Shown: positions 25,201-38,381, numbered from the whole stretch's first letter. The stretch is 63,347 nt of DNA, filler included, from Phoronis australis (GCA_002633005.1; 9 parts of 9 records of this genome joined end to end with filler, not necessarily neighbours in it), one strand, 5' to 3'. Numbers and translations: made by a program. Notes: generated by a model not told the origin, from the sequence alone.

Positions 25201-28200
25201 CCCACTTGTGTGCGCCATGCCGATGTATTTGCACATGTAGTAGGTACACCCCTTCTGTACAACACATCATGCATAACAAATATAGACACCGTCTTTTAAA
25301 ACAAGAGCAACGCGGAGCGTTGAAATGCGCCCACAATTGCACCGCATACGGTATCCTTCTAGGGTTGTTTATTGGTACCATAAAGTGGCCAGTAGAGGGC
25401 ATACTTTGCAAAATGGAAAGGCATGGCCATTGTCTCCTCAATAGGCTAAGTAATCTTCATAATACAAGCACGTCCTATACACCAGTTGCTTAAAGCACCA
25501 CAGAAACATAGAATTAAAAACAAATTTACCAACATACGAAATTAGCACAGCATTAGAATGCCAGAAACAAATTTCTACTTGGAACTTTTCCTTCACAGTC
25601 ACGAAGTAACACAAAGTATACACCTGAAGACCTATGAAAATACAGAGGTCAATGTAAAATACTAAAATTGCCACTAGAGGCAAATACTAAAATTGNNNNN
25701 NNNNNNNNNNNNNNNNNNNNNNNNNNNNNNNNNNNNNNNTTAATTAATTAANNNNNNNNNNNNNNNNNNNNNNNNNNNNNNNNNNNNNNNNNNNNACGAA
25801 TATAGTAACCTTAGGTCTTTTGGGAATTTGTGGCCACCTGTCGAAGACTTGCACCAGGGAAATTAGCAGTAATAAGGCTTAGCGCGACGACGTATTTTAA
25901 TAAAAATTCCATCTTTTACCAGTTGTTTACATGCAGACAGCCACGCATGCGCAATTCAATCACCACTAGTACAGCAGCGACACCGCGAGGAGAATTCTCC
26001 GAATAGCCCCATTTCTCAGTCGCTACCCAGCAATGCACAATTGCGACAACAGGAAACCGCCATCTTGAACAAGGGTGCAACTACAACCGAGCAAGGGGTC
26101 TTCTTTCATTCTCAACGAGTTCACAAATACCATCATCAGAAGGGAGAATATAGTGGCTATCTATATAAGACCAGCAACAAGTGATGAAACACAGACACAG
26201 TCAGTTACAGGGAGTGACAATAAACTATGAGAACCTGTGGTGTGCCAGTTGCCTATTGAGATTGGGCTTGCACCAACAGATGTGTGGATCCTCACGAATT
26301 TTAAGCTCATTTGCTGTTTCTGCGAACTTACTCACGTTCGTGAGAGAACAAAAAATAACCCCCAACAAAACGTGATACTTCCACTAATTAGTTAAAAAAT
26401 CACTGGGCCTGTCGTTCAACATTTTGGTGAACAAGCTAGCGTGCGCATGAATGGGCCTGCAACCACTGAGGGGCGGTGATCTGAGTCTAGTGGCAAGTAG
26501 ACTACCGGCGGAAAGAAGTCACCTGGGGGGAGGGGTGTTGATTACACAGCGACCGGCAAGAGGAGGGGGACGCCAAGGAGGTGTCAACTAGGGGAGGGGG
26601 AGCATATATACTCAACTTTTATGTGACGAACAAAACTTGATTGAAAAGTTTACACAGGCTCAGCGTCATGCTCGTTGAGACTTAAAGACTATGAGTTGCG
26701 ATACACTTCTCGCTTTTACAGCGCCTTTTGAATTCGAGATACTTCTACAAGTTGTTCTCGAAATGAATATTTGATGCTAAGAGTTATACTTTGATGTTGG
26801 TTTCACTGTGAGGTGAGAAAAATATTAAAGTTCGTATCGTAATTTTTTTTATAAAGTTGGACCATGTTGACTTGGCGCTTAGCTTTATTTCACCAATATA
26901 GCGAATTTCAATATCGTATACCAATTTAGTCCAAGTTAACAGGCTATCCAATTCTTCAAAGGGGGATCTCTTGCACTTTGGTACCACTGATATTCAATAA
27001 GCCGGCGGAAGCAGGTCTGCTCAGTGCGCAAGCAATGAAATGATGATCGTGAGAGGCGACAAGTCCGGTGCGGGATTGAGCGGGCATGACAGAAGAATTT
27101 TGTTGACCCCCAAAAGGTGCGGGGAAGACTTGGTGATTGAGGAAATCCAGTGGCGCAAGAGTAGGGAACGGTGTGCGAGGGTCTAGAATATATGGCGCTT
27201 GCGGGCAAGGAATAACATAACGGAGCAGGTTTGGTCTCTCTGCTTGTAATGACTGTAAGGACAATGTTCGTGAGCTGGAAAAATGTCTGGGACCTCGAAA
27301 TATGTTAGTGAATACGCGTTTTGACCCAAGAAATATCAATTACGAAAGCTAACATGAACCTTCTTTCAACCCTTTTTTAGCTTTTGAAGGTTTTGTACAG
27401 ACACATATAGATTATTAAAAAGTTCCCGTGCCAACAGCAATTTCGCACTTTGAACATTTGGTTATCAGAAAATGCAGTGTTCTGTAGTAGTACAGGAATT
27501 ATGACCTGAAATGTCTGCGATTCCACAAAATTGGCAGTAATTGAAAATTGTTATTTTTGTTTTTTTCCAGTCAACACCGACTTGGATAGGACAGACTAAA
27601 GAGGGCGAAGGAAGTTGAAGATCAATAATGAGTAAGGATTTACCTGTTAATCATTATTCTGTCGCAGAAGCAGATGAACAAGCTGGAAAAAATGGATAGA
27701 AAATTGAAAGTTTTATTTACAAACTTTTGAAAATTTGATGAAACTTGTGTTTTTAGCATTTTCTTCTGAAATTCCTTTTCTCTTTACTAAATTATTATCC
27801 ACACTTCATTTGAGTTTGCTTTGCAGGCAGAATTCTCGTCGAAATTCATGCGGCACTATTCTCGTGAGAATTTGATCTGTAACGCTGGCCTCTGGGAATA
27901 CGGAGATATACGGGATTCGAAGAATCGATATCAACACAAATACAAAGCCGTGCTTCGTGTTGGCAAAGTCGGTGGGTGACCCAACCTTTATCTTCTAGAA
28001 AATATAAGAATTAAGTTTTGTAAAAATAAACATTAGGTGCTTTCGTGGACAAAAAAAAAATTAAAAAACAAAAGCTTCACATTTGTTAGTGCATGTTATT
28101 TGACTCAAAGACAGAAATTCTGAAAATCAAAGCAAACCACAAATGATTAAAAAATAACAAAAATGCATCTAATATCATGAATTCACTTGGAGTTAAGCTT

Positions 28201-28447
28201 CTGCCGATAGTAAGAGTTCGGGAAAAATTTGTCTGGGAGTGAACAAGAAATCAGCAGTTGTAATTATACCTCGTTTTCTTATACTCTACTGCATGCATGC
28301 ATTACGTAACAATAAAAAGATAAAAACAAGACCACTGAGTTTCCATGAAATGATGATACCCAATAGCTTTGCCACACTTGCATGGAACTCCCCAATCCAT
28401 AACATCATCATTCGTGGCGCTAGCTGGCTTGATTGGGAATTTAGAAT

Positions 28448-28582
28448 CACGGGAGGCGCAGCACCGAAAAAAGTGGGGACTATAGCTCTCAAGCCCCCCT
28501 GTGGTTCACCACCTATAGATCATGGGCGGCGAAGCACTGAAAAAAGTGGGGCGCTACAGCCCCCTGTGGTACGCTGCCCATG
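28448..28582. mobile_element. Two adjacent miniature hAT-like elements
   Basis: Second copy CATGGGCGGCG...CGCTGCCCATG (28521-28582) has clear TIRs; the first copy shares gcac.gaaaaaagtgggg..cta.agc..ccccctgtggt. A related remnant lies at about 15176-15209. Confidence 0.6.
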
Positions 28583-31456
28583 AGAAGTGCTTGATTTTTG
28601 AGTGGGTTCACAATGACCCGTTGGCCTTAGGCTTTTCCAAGTTTTCGGTTTGGCATGTGCTTGTCAGTGATACCCCACGCATTACGTTTGCGCTGTGGGA
28701 TTCCTTTCGATCACTCACAGTAGCACGAAAGAAAATGTACTAAACGGCACAATTTACTACTGCCGAAAATCCTGTAGAAAATTCAATACCAGCTTATCCT
28801 TTGCATGTGACGTAGGCTACTTCTGAAGCTCATTTCAACAATAGTTCATAAACGGTGCGCTTCTCGCGGAGACTGTGGCAAATTTTCCAATACCTACTTC
28901 TTAAACCGACATCATCATGGCTTATACAATGGATATTTTCAAAATTCGTAGAGGCCAGCCCGGGATCGTGTACGTGGATTGCATGGCAATGCCGACCACG
29001 CGAGATTGCCACACCGGCGCTTATGTCAATTTAGGAAAGAACTTGTATTTTGGAATTCACGCATCAGATAAAACATTTTCCAGATATACAAAGGGCCGGA
29101 ACGTTGGTATCGCCTTAGTACGTTTTAATTTTAAACAAATTAGTCGGTGTGAATACAAAAGACCCCTAATCTATAAGCAACCACTAGATAACGTTGCTTT
29201 AATAATTTAATTAAATAGCAAATATTTCAAAGCATGCATAATGCTGAATGGCAGGCGACTTTTCAACTATACAAAAGTCGATACCCGAAAGTCTTGTTTT
29301 CTCATCGGACTGGCTGCTTGCTGGTGTAACATTAAAAAAGGCAATCAAAGTTTAAAAGACGAACACTGAAGTTGTGTCCGATACTTAGCGGTACGTCTCA
29401 CCTAACAATCGTCGGCCGAGTACGCAGCACACAGTGAGTCCGACGAGAGCGTGCATGTCTGAAGCAGCCTGGCCACGAGCTTGAATAGTTAGTCTGCGCG
29501 AGCTTGAAAAAATGTCCGGTGGGCCCAGGGGTTTTAGTTTATGCATTCCCAATAAACCAACTAAATTTAATGCGGGTCGATCTTCTGGTGTGACAGACCA
29601 AGCGAGTTGCTGGAGGTTCAAATATTCGGCACATCATAATCCTCGCCGCACACTGATTTAGAAAGCGTTGTATGGCGTAATTAACGTACGTATGTGTGTA
29701 TCTGGGTTAATTATGTTAATGAGAATAGTACGGTGGCAATCCTGCCAGCGAAGAAAACTCAAAAGAAGCTTGAATAATAATTTAGTAAAGAGGGAGGGCA
29801 TTCTGGAAAAAACTTGGGCGCGATACTGCTGAAGGCACAAGTTTCATCAAATATTCAAAAGGTTGTTCTCAATATTCTATCGACGCGTTTTCCAATTTGC
29901 TCAGGGGTCTTCGGGCAGAAGTATGCTGGTAAATCTTTCCTCATCGTCCATCTTCTACTTTCTTCGCCCTCTTTAATTTTTCTGACGGCATCATCGTTGT
30001 CGAATGTTCCGGCGAGCGTGACCGTACGTCTTGGACAATTCATTCAAAAAGTTGTTGCAAACTTGGAATGGCATTGACTTGACAATGATGAGCAGGCATG
30101 TTGTTCTATTCTGGGCATCTTGGACCCCAAAACATGGCCGATGCGTCGTGGGATAAAACTTGTNNNNNNNNNNNNNNNNNNNNNNNNNNNNNNNNNNNNN
30201 NNNNNNNTTAATTAATTAANNNNNNNNNNNNNNNNNNNNNNNNNNNNNNNNNNNNNNNNNNNNTTCGACTTGGTTCAGCATACTAGATACAGATAATTGG
30301 CTGGGTGATATCAAACTGGGGTATAAATGATAATCTGTCAGACAAGTGCTTGTCACACTTGTGCTAATGCTACTATATATGCTGTGTGTTTTACGACCTC
30401 AATAAATTAAGCACTGTGCCTAAATTTGTAAAGTATCCTTCACTTTCTCTGTTTGGTAACTATAGAGAATTTACTAAATTCATAGTTTTCATTGAAGTAT
30501 TGAAAAATACAAATCACACTATTGAGATTTTTTTCAGCTCAAAAACTTCTTCCATAAGTCACATCAAACAGAGCTTTCTTTGAATGCTTACGTACTTTCG
30601 TTACAACCACTTTGACAACACCTATAATAAAAATTTGTGGACCTAATAGAACTATCATCGTTCAGTGCCACGCGGTATGTGATATCTAGAAATGAACATG
30701 CACTAACTAGGTTATCAAAGAATACAGAAACACCACTGCATCTAGATGTGCAACCAGCATATAACAAAGCAGTTACTTCCAACACAATATGCACAATTCA
30801 TTCAAAGTCAAAAAAAATATGATTTCACAACAAAAATCAAAGGATCAACTATATTATACAAATGCCTGTTACTAGGTTTTGTAAATAAACTACCATAACA
30901 ACAAATCGTATCTCAGAATAAGCTGATCTGAATCATGTGCTAAATATATACAGTATTGTACTGTTCTGCAACTGAAAATGCTATTAGGAATTCTTAACCT
31001 TTCCACTTTTGCATGGGGGGCTAGCAAAAGAGAACTCTTATGATTTTCATGGAAAAAGCTTTCAATTTCCATAAAACGAAAAAGAAATGATATTTAAGAA
31101 AACTGTATCAGCGATTTTAAGATCTCACGATAAAAATTTATATCAAATAAAATTTGATCAATGACATGCTTATTGATATGGCTATTTTGCTATCAATGTA
31201 TGTTGATCTCTTTTTGAGTAGAACTGAAAGACATGGACTGTCACCTGATGTCCTGCTGGTTTTGGTGACTGCAGTAATCAGATTTAACAGCTTTTAAATT
31301 CATCCAATGCTGACTAGATGAAGAACTTTTCCATTCAATATTTCTGCACACAGCAGCACACAGACTACTGTAGTTCATTTCAAGTGAGGAGGGCTCCGAA
31401 TGCAGAACAAGAAGTGATATCAAATGTAACAAAAGCTGTCAAGGAAACATAGAGCA

Positions 31457-31559
31457 ATCAGTTGCCCAAGTTGGCAACTGGCCATGTTTATGATAAATCG
31501 TCATATCCCCTAGTGAGAGAAGTTTGAAATGGCCAGTTGCTCATTTGGCCAACTGAATG
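31457..31559. mobile_element. Small inverted-repeat element (MITE-like)
   Basis: caatcagttgcccaagttggcaactggccat ... atggccagttgctcatttggccaactgaatg form imperfect arms of about 30 bp. Confidence 0.55.
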
Positions 31560-32005
31560 ACAGACTGTTCGAAAAAAAAGTTTGATTGCGGAAGTATTTG
31601 TTCTATCCCGGAAGAGTTAAAGACACAAACGGCCTCCTTAGACAGTGATCACCATCTGTATTGTTCTTAGAGATGGTGAAGCTTCTATAGGCACTTCACA
31701 CGCCATTAGCTTTTCCGCGAATTATGTCTCACACTGATTAAAACACCAGGACTGCTTGAATGAAGGTTTGCTTGACAAAAAGTTAGACTACAGGAGTATT
31801 TGCTCAAGTTGGAAGGAATTAACGGCATCAACGGTCTCCTAAGGTTCCTTCTATGCACAAAAGGTACTTGCATAACTCCCCAAAAAAGCTTCCAGCATAT
31901 GAACCATTCCTCCTATAGGAGGTCCTTTAGAGTTTCACCATCCTGACGGGTAGTTGAGACGGTGCTGTTGCAGGCCAAACTGATGCCAAAACCAAACTGA
32001 CTTGG

Positions 32006-32347
32006 TGCACTTTAATTTGACGCTGGGTTGGGGAACCAAACTGAAGCCTAAGCCAAACTAAAGCTACCATAAGTTCCCAATGGTTCATATGATTTTTTAA
32101 CAGTTATCAGGAATGAAATTGACAACAATCAGTGGTGAGTGGTGTGAAATAGTTTTGCAGGACATTTGCCCCATGTGTATAATCTGTATGACCTGCATAC
32201 AGTGAGCACTCTACTTCGTCAATTTTCAGGGTTCTGATAAGTATCAAAAAGTTCATAAACCATTTGCAGTAACTTGGAAACTTATGGTAGCTTCAGTTTG
32301 GCACAGGCATCAATTTGGCTCACCAACCCACGTCAAATTGAAGTGCA
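32006..32347. mobile_element. Foldback/MITE element with ~125-bp imperfect inverted arms
   Basis: tgcactttaatttgacgctgggttgg...ccaaactaaagctaccataagttcccaa...gaaattgac mirrored by gtcaattttc...ttggaaacttatggtagcttcagtttgg...ccaacccacgtcaaattgaagtgca. Confidence 0.8.
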
Positions 32348-32368
32348 TATTCTGCTGTCTAGGTTCAA

Positions 32369-33068
32369 GTGCTAGTTGCACCGTACCACGCAGCGAGTAA
32401 CGGGGCAGCAGAACGAATGGTACAATCGTTCAAACGTGCGCTGAGTATGAGCAAGTCAACCGGAAAGTCACTTGCACAACAGATTGCGAGTTTTCTGTTG
32501 TCGTACCGTTCGACAGCACACGCCACTACCAGAGAGTCTCCCGCATTTTTATTTCTGGGTCGCAATATGCCCCAGCGTGGAGGAAAAAGTGCTGGACAAG
32601 CAGGAGAGTCAAAAGCGTTATTATGACACGAAATGCCACCAACGGGACTTTGTGGTCGGTGAAGAAGATTTCCGAGTAAGGGAAAAATGGTGGCCGGCTA
32701 CAGTAATGGAGAAAACCGCACCGAAGTCATATGTTGTTGTATTAGAAAACGGTCAAGTGTGGAAACGACATGTACACCAGATGCGCACACGACATCTGTC
32801 ATCGAACATGTCCAAATCTTGCGATCAACACGATGACACACTTGGAGTACCACCGGTACTTAACCCAGTTGTCAACAGAGATTCTGAGACAGCACCAGAA
32901 ACTGCTGTTAGTAAACCGGAGTTAACCCAAGCAGAATCGCCTGCATTGCATTCAGACATCTCAGACTTGGTGGAAGCCAAAACGCCAGACGTGCAATTAC
33001 CTGAGACTATGCAATTACCGAGACGTTCAAAGCGAACGGTGAAACAACCAGAGAGACTGGATTTGTAA
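32369..33068 (+). mobile_element. Ty3/Gypsy LTR retrotransposon integrase C-terminal remnant (frameshifted, internally deleted)
   Basis: APYHAASNGAAERMVQSFK...FLLSYRSTAHATTRESPAFLFLGR (integrase core, E of DDE), then in another frame QESQKRYYD...KWWPATVMEKTAPKSYVVVLENGQVWKRHVHQM...RRSKRTVKQPERLDL (GPY/F-type module and tail). Confidence 0.92.
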
Positions 33069-33150
33069 GATCTGTGACAAACATTTGTTTAACAGACTCT
33101 CATGTAGTGTTGTATTTATTCTAGTTGCTTACGATATGTAGTTTCAGATC

Positions 33151-33333
33151 AGGAGGAAAGAGTGTGATGTATAAATGATTTAGTTTACGTCATGTACTAT
33201 TTTTAGAGAACACGTGTTATGTTATGTAGTCACGTGATGGTTTCACCATCAGTTTGCAGTTGTACGTTCACTGCTTGTATCACAGGCGTCCTCAGCTTCT
33301 GATCGTCCCCAATATACTACATATAATACTACA
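33151..33333 (+). mobile_element. Polypurine tract and start of the 3' LTR of the Gypsy element
   Basis: PPT AGGAGGAAAGAG (33151-33162) is immediately followed by TGTGATGT. The LTR end is either ATCACA at 33284 or ACTACA at 33333. Confidence 0.7.
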
Positions 33334-33876
33334 AGGTATGACACTTCGGACTTGAAATTCCATGGGTGCTTCACTTCAGCCGTCCATAGCAAACAAAAAA
33401 CTCAATAAATTTACACAAAACAGGGGTTCAACAAACCATGAAGAATTGTTCTTTCTCCCAATACCATTCACGGTGTCCTGTTACGGCGACTTCGTAAGAA
33501 ATTCGCAGTCAAAACAAAAATGTTCACAAAAAGCCCCCACACACTTCCACTCTGGGCCCGTCGAGGTCAAGGACGGTACGGGAATTGCCGGTGAGTTACG
33601 GAAGTACTCAATAGTTTTNNNNNNNNNNNNNNNNNNNNNNNNNNNNNNNNNNNNNNNNNNNNTTAATTAATTAANNNNNNNNNNNNNNNNNNNNNNNNNN
33701 NNNNNNNNNNNNNNNNNNCCTCCTGCAAAAGTGGATGGTATCAAAACAATTCTTTACAGGTTATTGGAGGAAAGTGTATAAAGCATACATAGTGGTATGT
33801 AAGCGCTTCCCCTGTCTAGTCGGCCATTTCTGAGATAAGTGAGCGGAATTTGGACATTTTTATAGAGTCATGCATG

Positions 33877-34001
33877 CCGGGAATTTCCATAGATAAGCCC
33901 ATGGGCGTGTATTTGGAAAATGAAAAATTTCAGGCGTTTTAGGAACACCAAATAAACGCCCGGGTGTTTCATCGGATGGGCTTATCTACGGAAAATCCTG
34001 G
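33877..34001. mobile_element. Hairpin MITE in a RASA1 intron
   Basis: ccgggaatttccatagataagcccat ... atgggcttatctacggaaaatcctgg outer arms, plus inner gggcgtgtatttgg / ccaaataaacgccc. Confidence 0.7.
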
Positions 34002-34104
34002 TAACCTTATGAAGCACAGTAGGACGGAATGTGATGTTGTCATTTTTGTTGTCATCGGTACTTGTGCACTTATCACTCGTGACGACCTTGTACTTTATAT
34101 CTAG

Positions 34105-34189
34105 GCCATACTGCTTTCAACTGGCTGTCAAGGCTCTGGGACACTTTCAGGTCTTCTACTTAAGCGCTGAAGATGCAGACTCAATGCAG
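34105..34189 (+). CDS. RASA1: RASA1 / p120 RasGAP exon (PH domain)
   Basis: ctag|G CCA TAC...ATG CAG|gtatga; (R)PYCFQLAVKALGHFQVFYLSAEDADSMQ resembles the vertebrate RPNCFQIVV...IFYFAGE segment. Confidence 0.88.
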
Positions 34190-35036
34190 GTATGATTGCT
34201 ATTAAGTTGCCTTGTCCTCTCCAATGAACAATAATTGGGATATACAGAAGTACAGGTGAATTGCATTTGAACGAATCCTCTCTAGTAGTGTTTTCAAAAT
34301 GTTTGCTGCTACTGATGATGGTTGACAACAATGTGTGCATTTCACTGCATTGTTATGTATATAATGAAATATTACAAGTGAGCAAACATAATAAACCTGA
34401 CACATATATTTGGGATTTCTGAACCAGAAAAAGTTCCTGTGTAGACTGTTTCGTAAGCAAGGTTCAAAAAGGCCTCACAGGGGCTCAGTCTGGATTGTTA
34501 TGCATGTCTGGTACGTGTGGACAATTTGGCCAAGATGTCAATATTTTGATCTTTGATAGTAGCGGTAAAATATTTCAGGTTGATCTCTTGTTAACAGAAA
34601 TATCATGAGACTTCTCTTATAATAACCAGGCTGGTGACAACGTGAAGTCTTCCTCTTTATAACCTACCATAAAATGTCATTGCTGAACATGGGTGCTGCA
34701 AGCGGCAATACCAGTTTGTGAAAGAGCCCCAGCACTTTTTGTGAAGAGCCCTCTGCTGGCGCTTTTTGGAAGCATAGGCACTTCCGTTTGACTGTAGCTC
34801 CAACATTAGATGTAATGACTGTGAAATGACATATCTGTATCAAGAATCATCTTTGTTCAAAGGCTGTTATTGACCTGGTGCATATTTTGTTATTAATCTG
34901 AAATTGGAGCATTCATGTAGTTGTTTGACCAGAAGTGAAAGGGCAAAGTTAACATCCCTCAGATTGACCCCAGGCATGTTTTAGGTCAACGCCTGTTGTT
35001 GATTTTAGCCCAAGCGCACACTATGTCTCCTTTCAG

Positions 35037-35216
35037 GAGTGGATCAATCATCTCAAGGTGTTCTGCACTAACACCCAGCCCAAGCGCCAGAGACACAAGT
35101 CCGGCTGCCTGCTCAAGGAGCTGAATAGCTTCAACTTGAGTGTGCTGGATGCACGCAAACTGCCGTCCAAGCACATACCACATGCTTACTGCGTAATATC
35201 AATCAATGATATCCAG
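35037..35216 (+). CDS. RASA1: RASA1 exon (end of PH, start of C2)
   Basis: tttcag|GAG TGG...ATC CAG|gtaacg, 180 nt; EWINHLKVFC...LKELNSFNLSVLDARKLPSKHIPHAYCVISINDIQ. Confidence 0.92.
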
Positions 35217-35444
35217 GTAACGGGTCTAGCGCAGTCCGTGTTTAGTTAGGGGGTGTTTTCTTGTAATGCGCCTGTACAAGTTCCAAAAAGGCACCGCGTT
35301 GGATCTGAATGAGAATTATGTGAGATCCTGACGTTTCAGACTGATCTGAGAAAATCTGTGTGATGGTAATTTTGGAGACATTTTACTGTAGTTATCATAA
35401 TAAAGGAGGACATGACTGTGATGTTAGTGTTATCTGTGCAAACT

Positions 35445-35650
35445 AATACTACTAATAATGATAATAACAACAATTTTTACTAGAATTGTACTAATCATTG
35501 TTATGTATGCAAACACTAAAATAAATGATAATAATGATAATGATGATGACAATAATGATAATGATTTTAATAATAATAATTGTAATAATACTAGTAATAA
35601 TACTAGTAATAATACTAGTAATAGTAATAATAATAATAATAATTGCAACA
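35445..35650. repeat. Degenerate (AAT)n microsatellite / low-complexity tract in a RASA1 intron
   Basis: Runs of aat/gat/agt triplets that generate the spurious poly-N and poly-L ORFs. Confidence 0.9.
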
Positions 35651-35835
35651 ATTTTTACTGTATAGTTGCCCTGAATTTCTAGTCTAAATAATCATTTTGA
35701 CATTTGAATGAGTGTAAAGAATAACTGAAATTTACTGTGAGAGCATGCCTCTTCAATGATGCAGTAGTTTAATTAGAAATATTAATAGTTCTGGTTATAG
35801 CAATTGATGAGTTATCTTATCCTAATCGTTGGCAG

Positions 35836-35897
35836 GTGGCGCGGACCCAGGTAAAGGACACGCCCGACCCTGTCTGGGAGGAGGACTTCCTGTTGGA
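35836..35897 (+). CDS. RASA1: RASA1 exon (C2 domain)
   Basis: ggcag|GTG GCG CGG ACC...TTG GA|gtaag; VARTQVKDTPDPVWEEDFLL. Confidence 0.92.
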
Positions 35898-36335
35898 GTA
35901 AGTGGACACACAATGCGTCACTCAGTTGGAACACATGGCCTGTCATTAAATGCTTAACTCGTCTCGAACAAGTGGTCACACACTTCTTTGAGTATTCGCT
36001 CATCAGAAAGTCTTAGCCTTTCGCCACTTCAGGGAGTTGTTGTTTTTCGTCAATAGTCCTTAAGCAAAACATCTTTTTCTTTTTAGAAAAATTGCAAAAT
36101 GATCATTCATTGTGAAATGCATTTGGAAGTCCAGTGTTTTTGTTTGATGTCTAAGATTAGGGGACAGATGTTGAAGAAAGGCGATTATTGTCTTCACAGT
36201 GCAACATGCTTTTATTGCCTCTGACTAAAATAAACCATGGTGGTTGACTGAGTAATTGTGAAGATTGAGTTAATGTGAATTTTAGAAGCACTTGGGCTGT
36301 CGTGTTTTGTGTCATCCGTCTTCCTCGTTTTACAG

Positions 36336-36412
36336 GGACTTGTCGAGTGACATAGACAAGGTCGTATTAACGTTTTATAACAAAACCAAGCGGTCAAGAG
36401 ATCCAGAGTTAT
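36336..36412 (+). CDS. RASA1: RASA1 exon (C2 domain)
   Basis: ttacag|G GAC...TTA T|gtaag; DLSSDIDKVVLTFYNKTKRSRDPEL, compare vertebrate NKTKKSKDPDI. Confidence 0.92.
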
Positions 36413-36689
36413 GTAAGTATAACATAATAGTGGATCAGTTGAAGAGTGCTTGCACTGCAAAGAGCTATCCTTTGTACATGCACAAATCTTAAACTTGTCA
36501 TTTTTATTCTTTTGATTTTAATAGGTATTACACAAGACCTCTGCCGCATTGTGCTAGTTATTAAACTAAACTGGCTCCTAAGTTCTGCTCAAGTGTTTTG
36601 TACCCTGGCACAACCAGCCAGTCGCATGGGCCTAGGTACATGCATTCACAGAACAAGCGCTGTAACCATCCTTGTTAATACCCTTTCAG

Positions 36690-36862
36690 TGCAGTACACG
36701 CTGCATTTTGATGATCTGACTGTTGGACAAGAGATTGAGGAGTGGGTACAACTCAACCCTCTCCTACAGACCATCAAAGGGGACGTTGGCAGCGTGCGAC
36801 TAAAGGCCAAGTTCATGCAGGAGGTCATTATGCCTCTCCAGGAGTACACAGGACTAAAACAG
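36690..36862 (+). CDS. RASA1: RASA1 exon (C2 end, start of RasGAP region)
   Basis: tttcag|TG CAG...AAA CAG|gttggt; QYTLHFDDLTVGQEIEEWVQL...GDVGSVRLKAKFMQEVIMPLQEYTGLKQ. Confidence 0.93.
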
Positions 36863-37254
36863 GTTGGTCGCGAATCTGTGCAATTCCACCCTGGTGAGTC
36901 CAGTATCGCTGTCCGTAAGCCTGTCTGCGCTGCTTGAAAACCGCACTATTTTTGCTTGTGCTTTGCGTCTGGTCTGCAGTTTTTCAGCCTCGGCGTGGTG
37001 TTTCACTTTGTCAACGTGTTAGTAGGTGTGTCCTGTTCAGTTTTGCACATCATAGGATCAATGTAATACTTGATCTGTGCGATCTTAATTTGTATTAGTT
37101 TCAACTTCGTCTGTTCGTAGACTTGTCATTAAGATGCTTCAATTTTGGATTAAAATCATTGCTAAAATTGACATTTAACAGTGTGTTAGGATAAGAAGAC
37201 TTTTGACTGTGCTTAACAGGAACTTACTTAGTTTTGCCGTTTGACCTTCTACAG

Positions 37255-37414
37255 GTGATTATGGCCAAAGACCTGTCGGCTGTAGGGGCTCTTGGCACCC
37301 TGTGTGGCAGTGAACGCATCCCACTGGCGCAAGCTCTTCTCAGGATATTCAGGCAGGAACACCAGGAGGCACTTCTGTTAACCACCCTTAACGAACTCGA
37401 AATATTGAAAGAGG
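37255..37414 (+). CDS. RASA1: RASA1 exon (RasGAP domain N-terminus)
   Basis: ctacag|GTG ATT...GAG G|gttagt; VIMAKDLSAVGALGTLCGSERIPLAQALLRIFRQEHQEALLLTTLNELEILKE. Confidence 0.93.
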
Positions 37415-38264
37415 GTTAGTGGAGCACGCAATTTTTTAGAGCTGCAACAAACCTGTCTTCCGTCAAAAAGTACTTTTCATTAACGTAACTGACAAATTTG
37501 AAATTGGTCTCGACTTTTCCTATACTCAAATTAGAGGTGATTTCAGGGCTCAAAGAGTTGACGATTCATAACTGCTTACAGCCAGCCTTGACAAGCTTGC
37601 TTATTGCTGTAGGTAACTCTGTGCTATAAACACGGTTTCAAGTAATAATGAGCAGTCACTTCTTTTCCAGTCCCTTACTCCACTTTTCCTCTGACTTATC
37701 ACCAAACTGAGAGCAGTTTTGTCGTGATTAGTGAACAAAATCAAAAGTTCTTTGTAAAGGAACACGGTTATAGCAGATTTGGAAAGTTGACAATATCTTG
37801 TTAGGTCAAAAGTCTAGTGAAAATCAAAAAATATAAAACATATTTGGATTTTGAAAATAAAAAAGCTTCCATTTTGAAATTTAAAGTGTGAATCCAATAA
37901 AACTACACCGTCAGGTTTGAGTCAGTATCTCAGGTATTTGGTGCAACATCATCTCCAGTGAATGCTGTTCAATTTAACACGCTAGGTGGCGTACATGTGT
38001 GGTACTTTATTTTATCGAGCTCCTCAACAAAATGAGACGTTTAGAAAAACTTGTCGAGTTCATCTTTAGTGTGGTTTGTTCTGGACAGCTATTGTAAAAC
38101 AAAAGGTTGGTAAAATTTTGAGGCATTTTAACAAAAAATCAACNNNNNNNNNNNNNNNNNNNNNNNNNNNNNNNNNNNNNNNNNNNNTTAATTAATTAAN
38201 NNNNNNNNNNNNNNNNNNNNNNNNNNNNNNNNNNNNNNNNNNNATTACTTAATTTGTCCTTCCA

Positions 38265-38381
38265 ATGCCAGCAAATAATTACTGCTGTGCTGTGGGCTGC
38301 AACTTGGACGCGAAAAAAAATGATAAACTGGACAAACATTCGAAGATGCGTGATCAGAAATTCTTCACCTTCCTGATATAA
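38265..38381 (+). pseudogene. Truncated THAP zinc-finger remnant of a DNA transposon gene
   Basis: MPANNYCCAVGCNLDAKKNDKLDKHSKMRDQKFFTFL* matches the THAP N-terminus (MP..CC.xGC.N ... FFxFP) and breaks off at the conserved Pro. Confidence 0.7.

Noticed and set aside
24512-25493. Cluster of overlapping ORFs as upstream exons of the tyrosine-tail gene
   Set aside because: No Ig or transmembrane signature, and no consistent splice phase could be established.
26015-26070. ProtoRAG/Transib-like TIR (tacccagcaatg ... gccatcttg; also cactata...gccatcttg at 43240-43317)
   Set aside because: No heptamer at a suitable spacing and no RAG-like coding sequence. These are more simply ZNF143-like and YY1-like motifs.
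35430-35682. Poly-Leu and poly-Asn ORFs
   Set aside because: Translations of an intronic AAT microsatellite.
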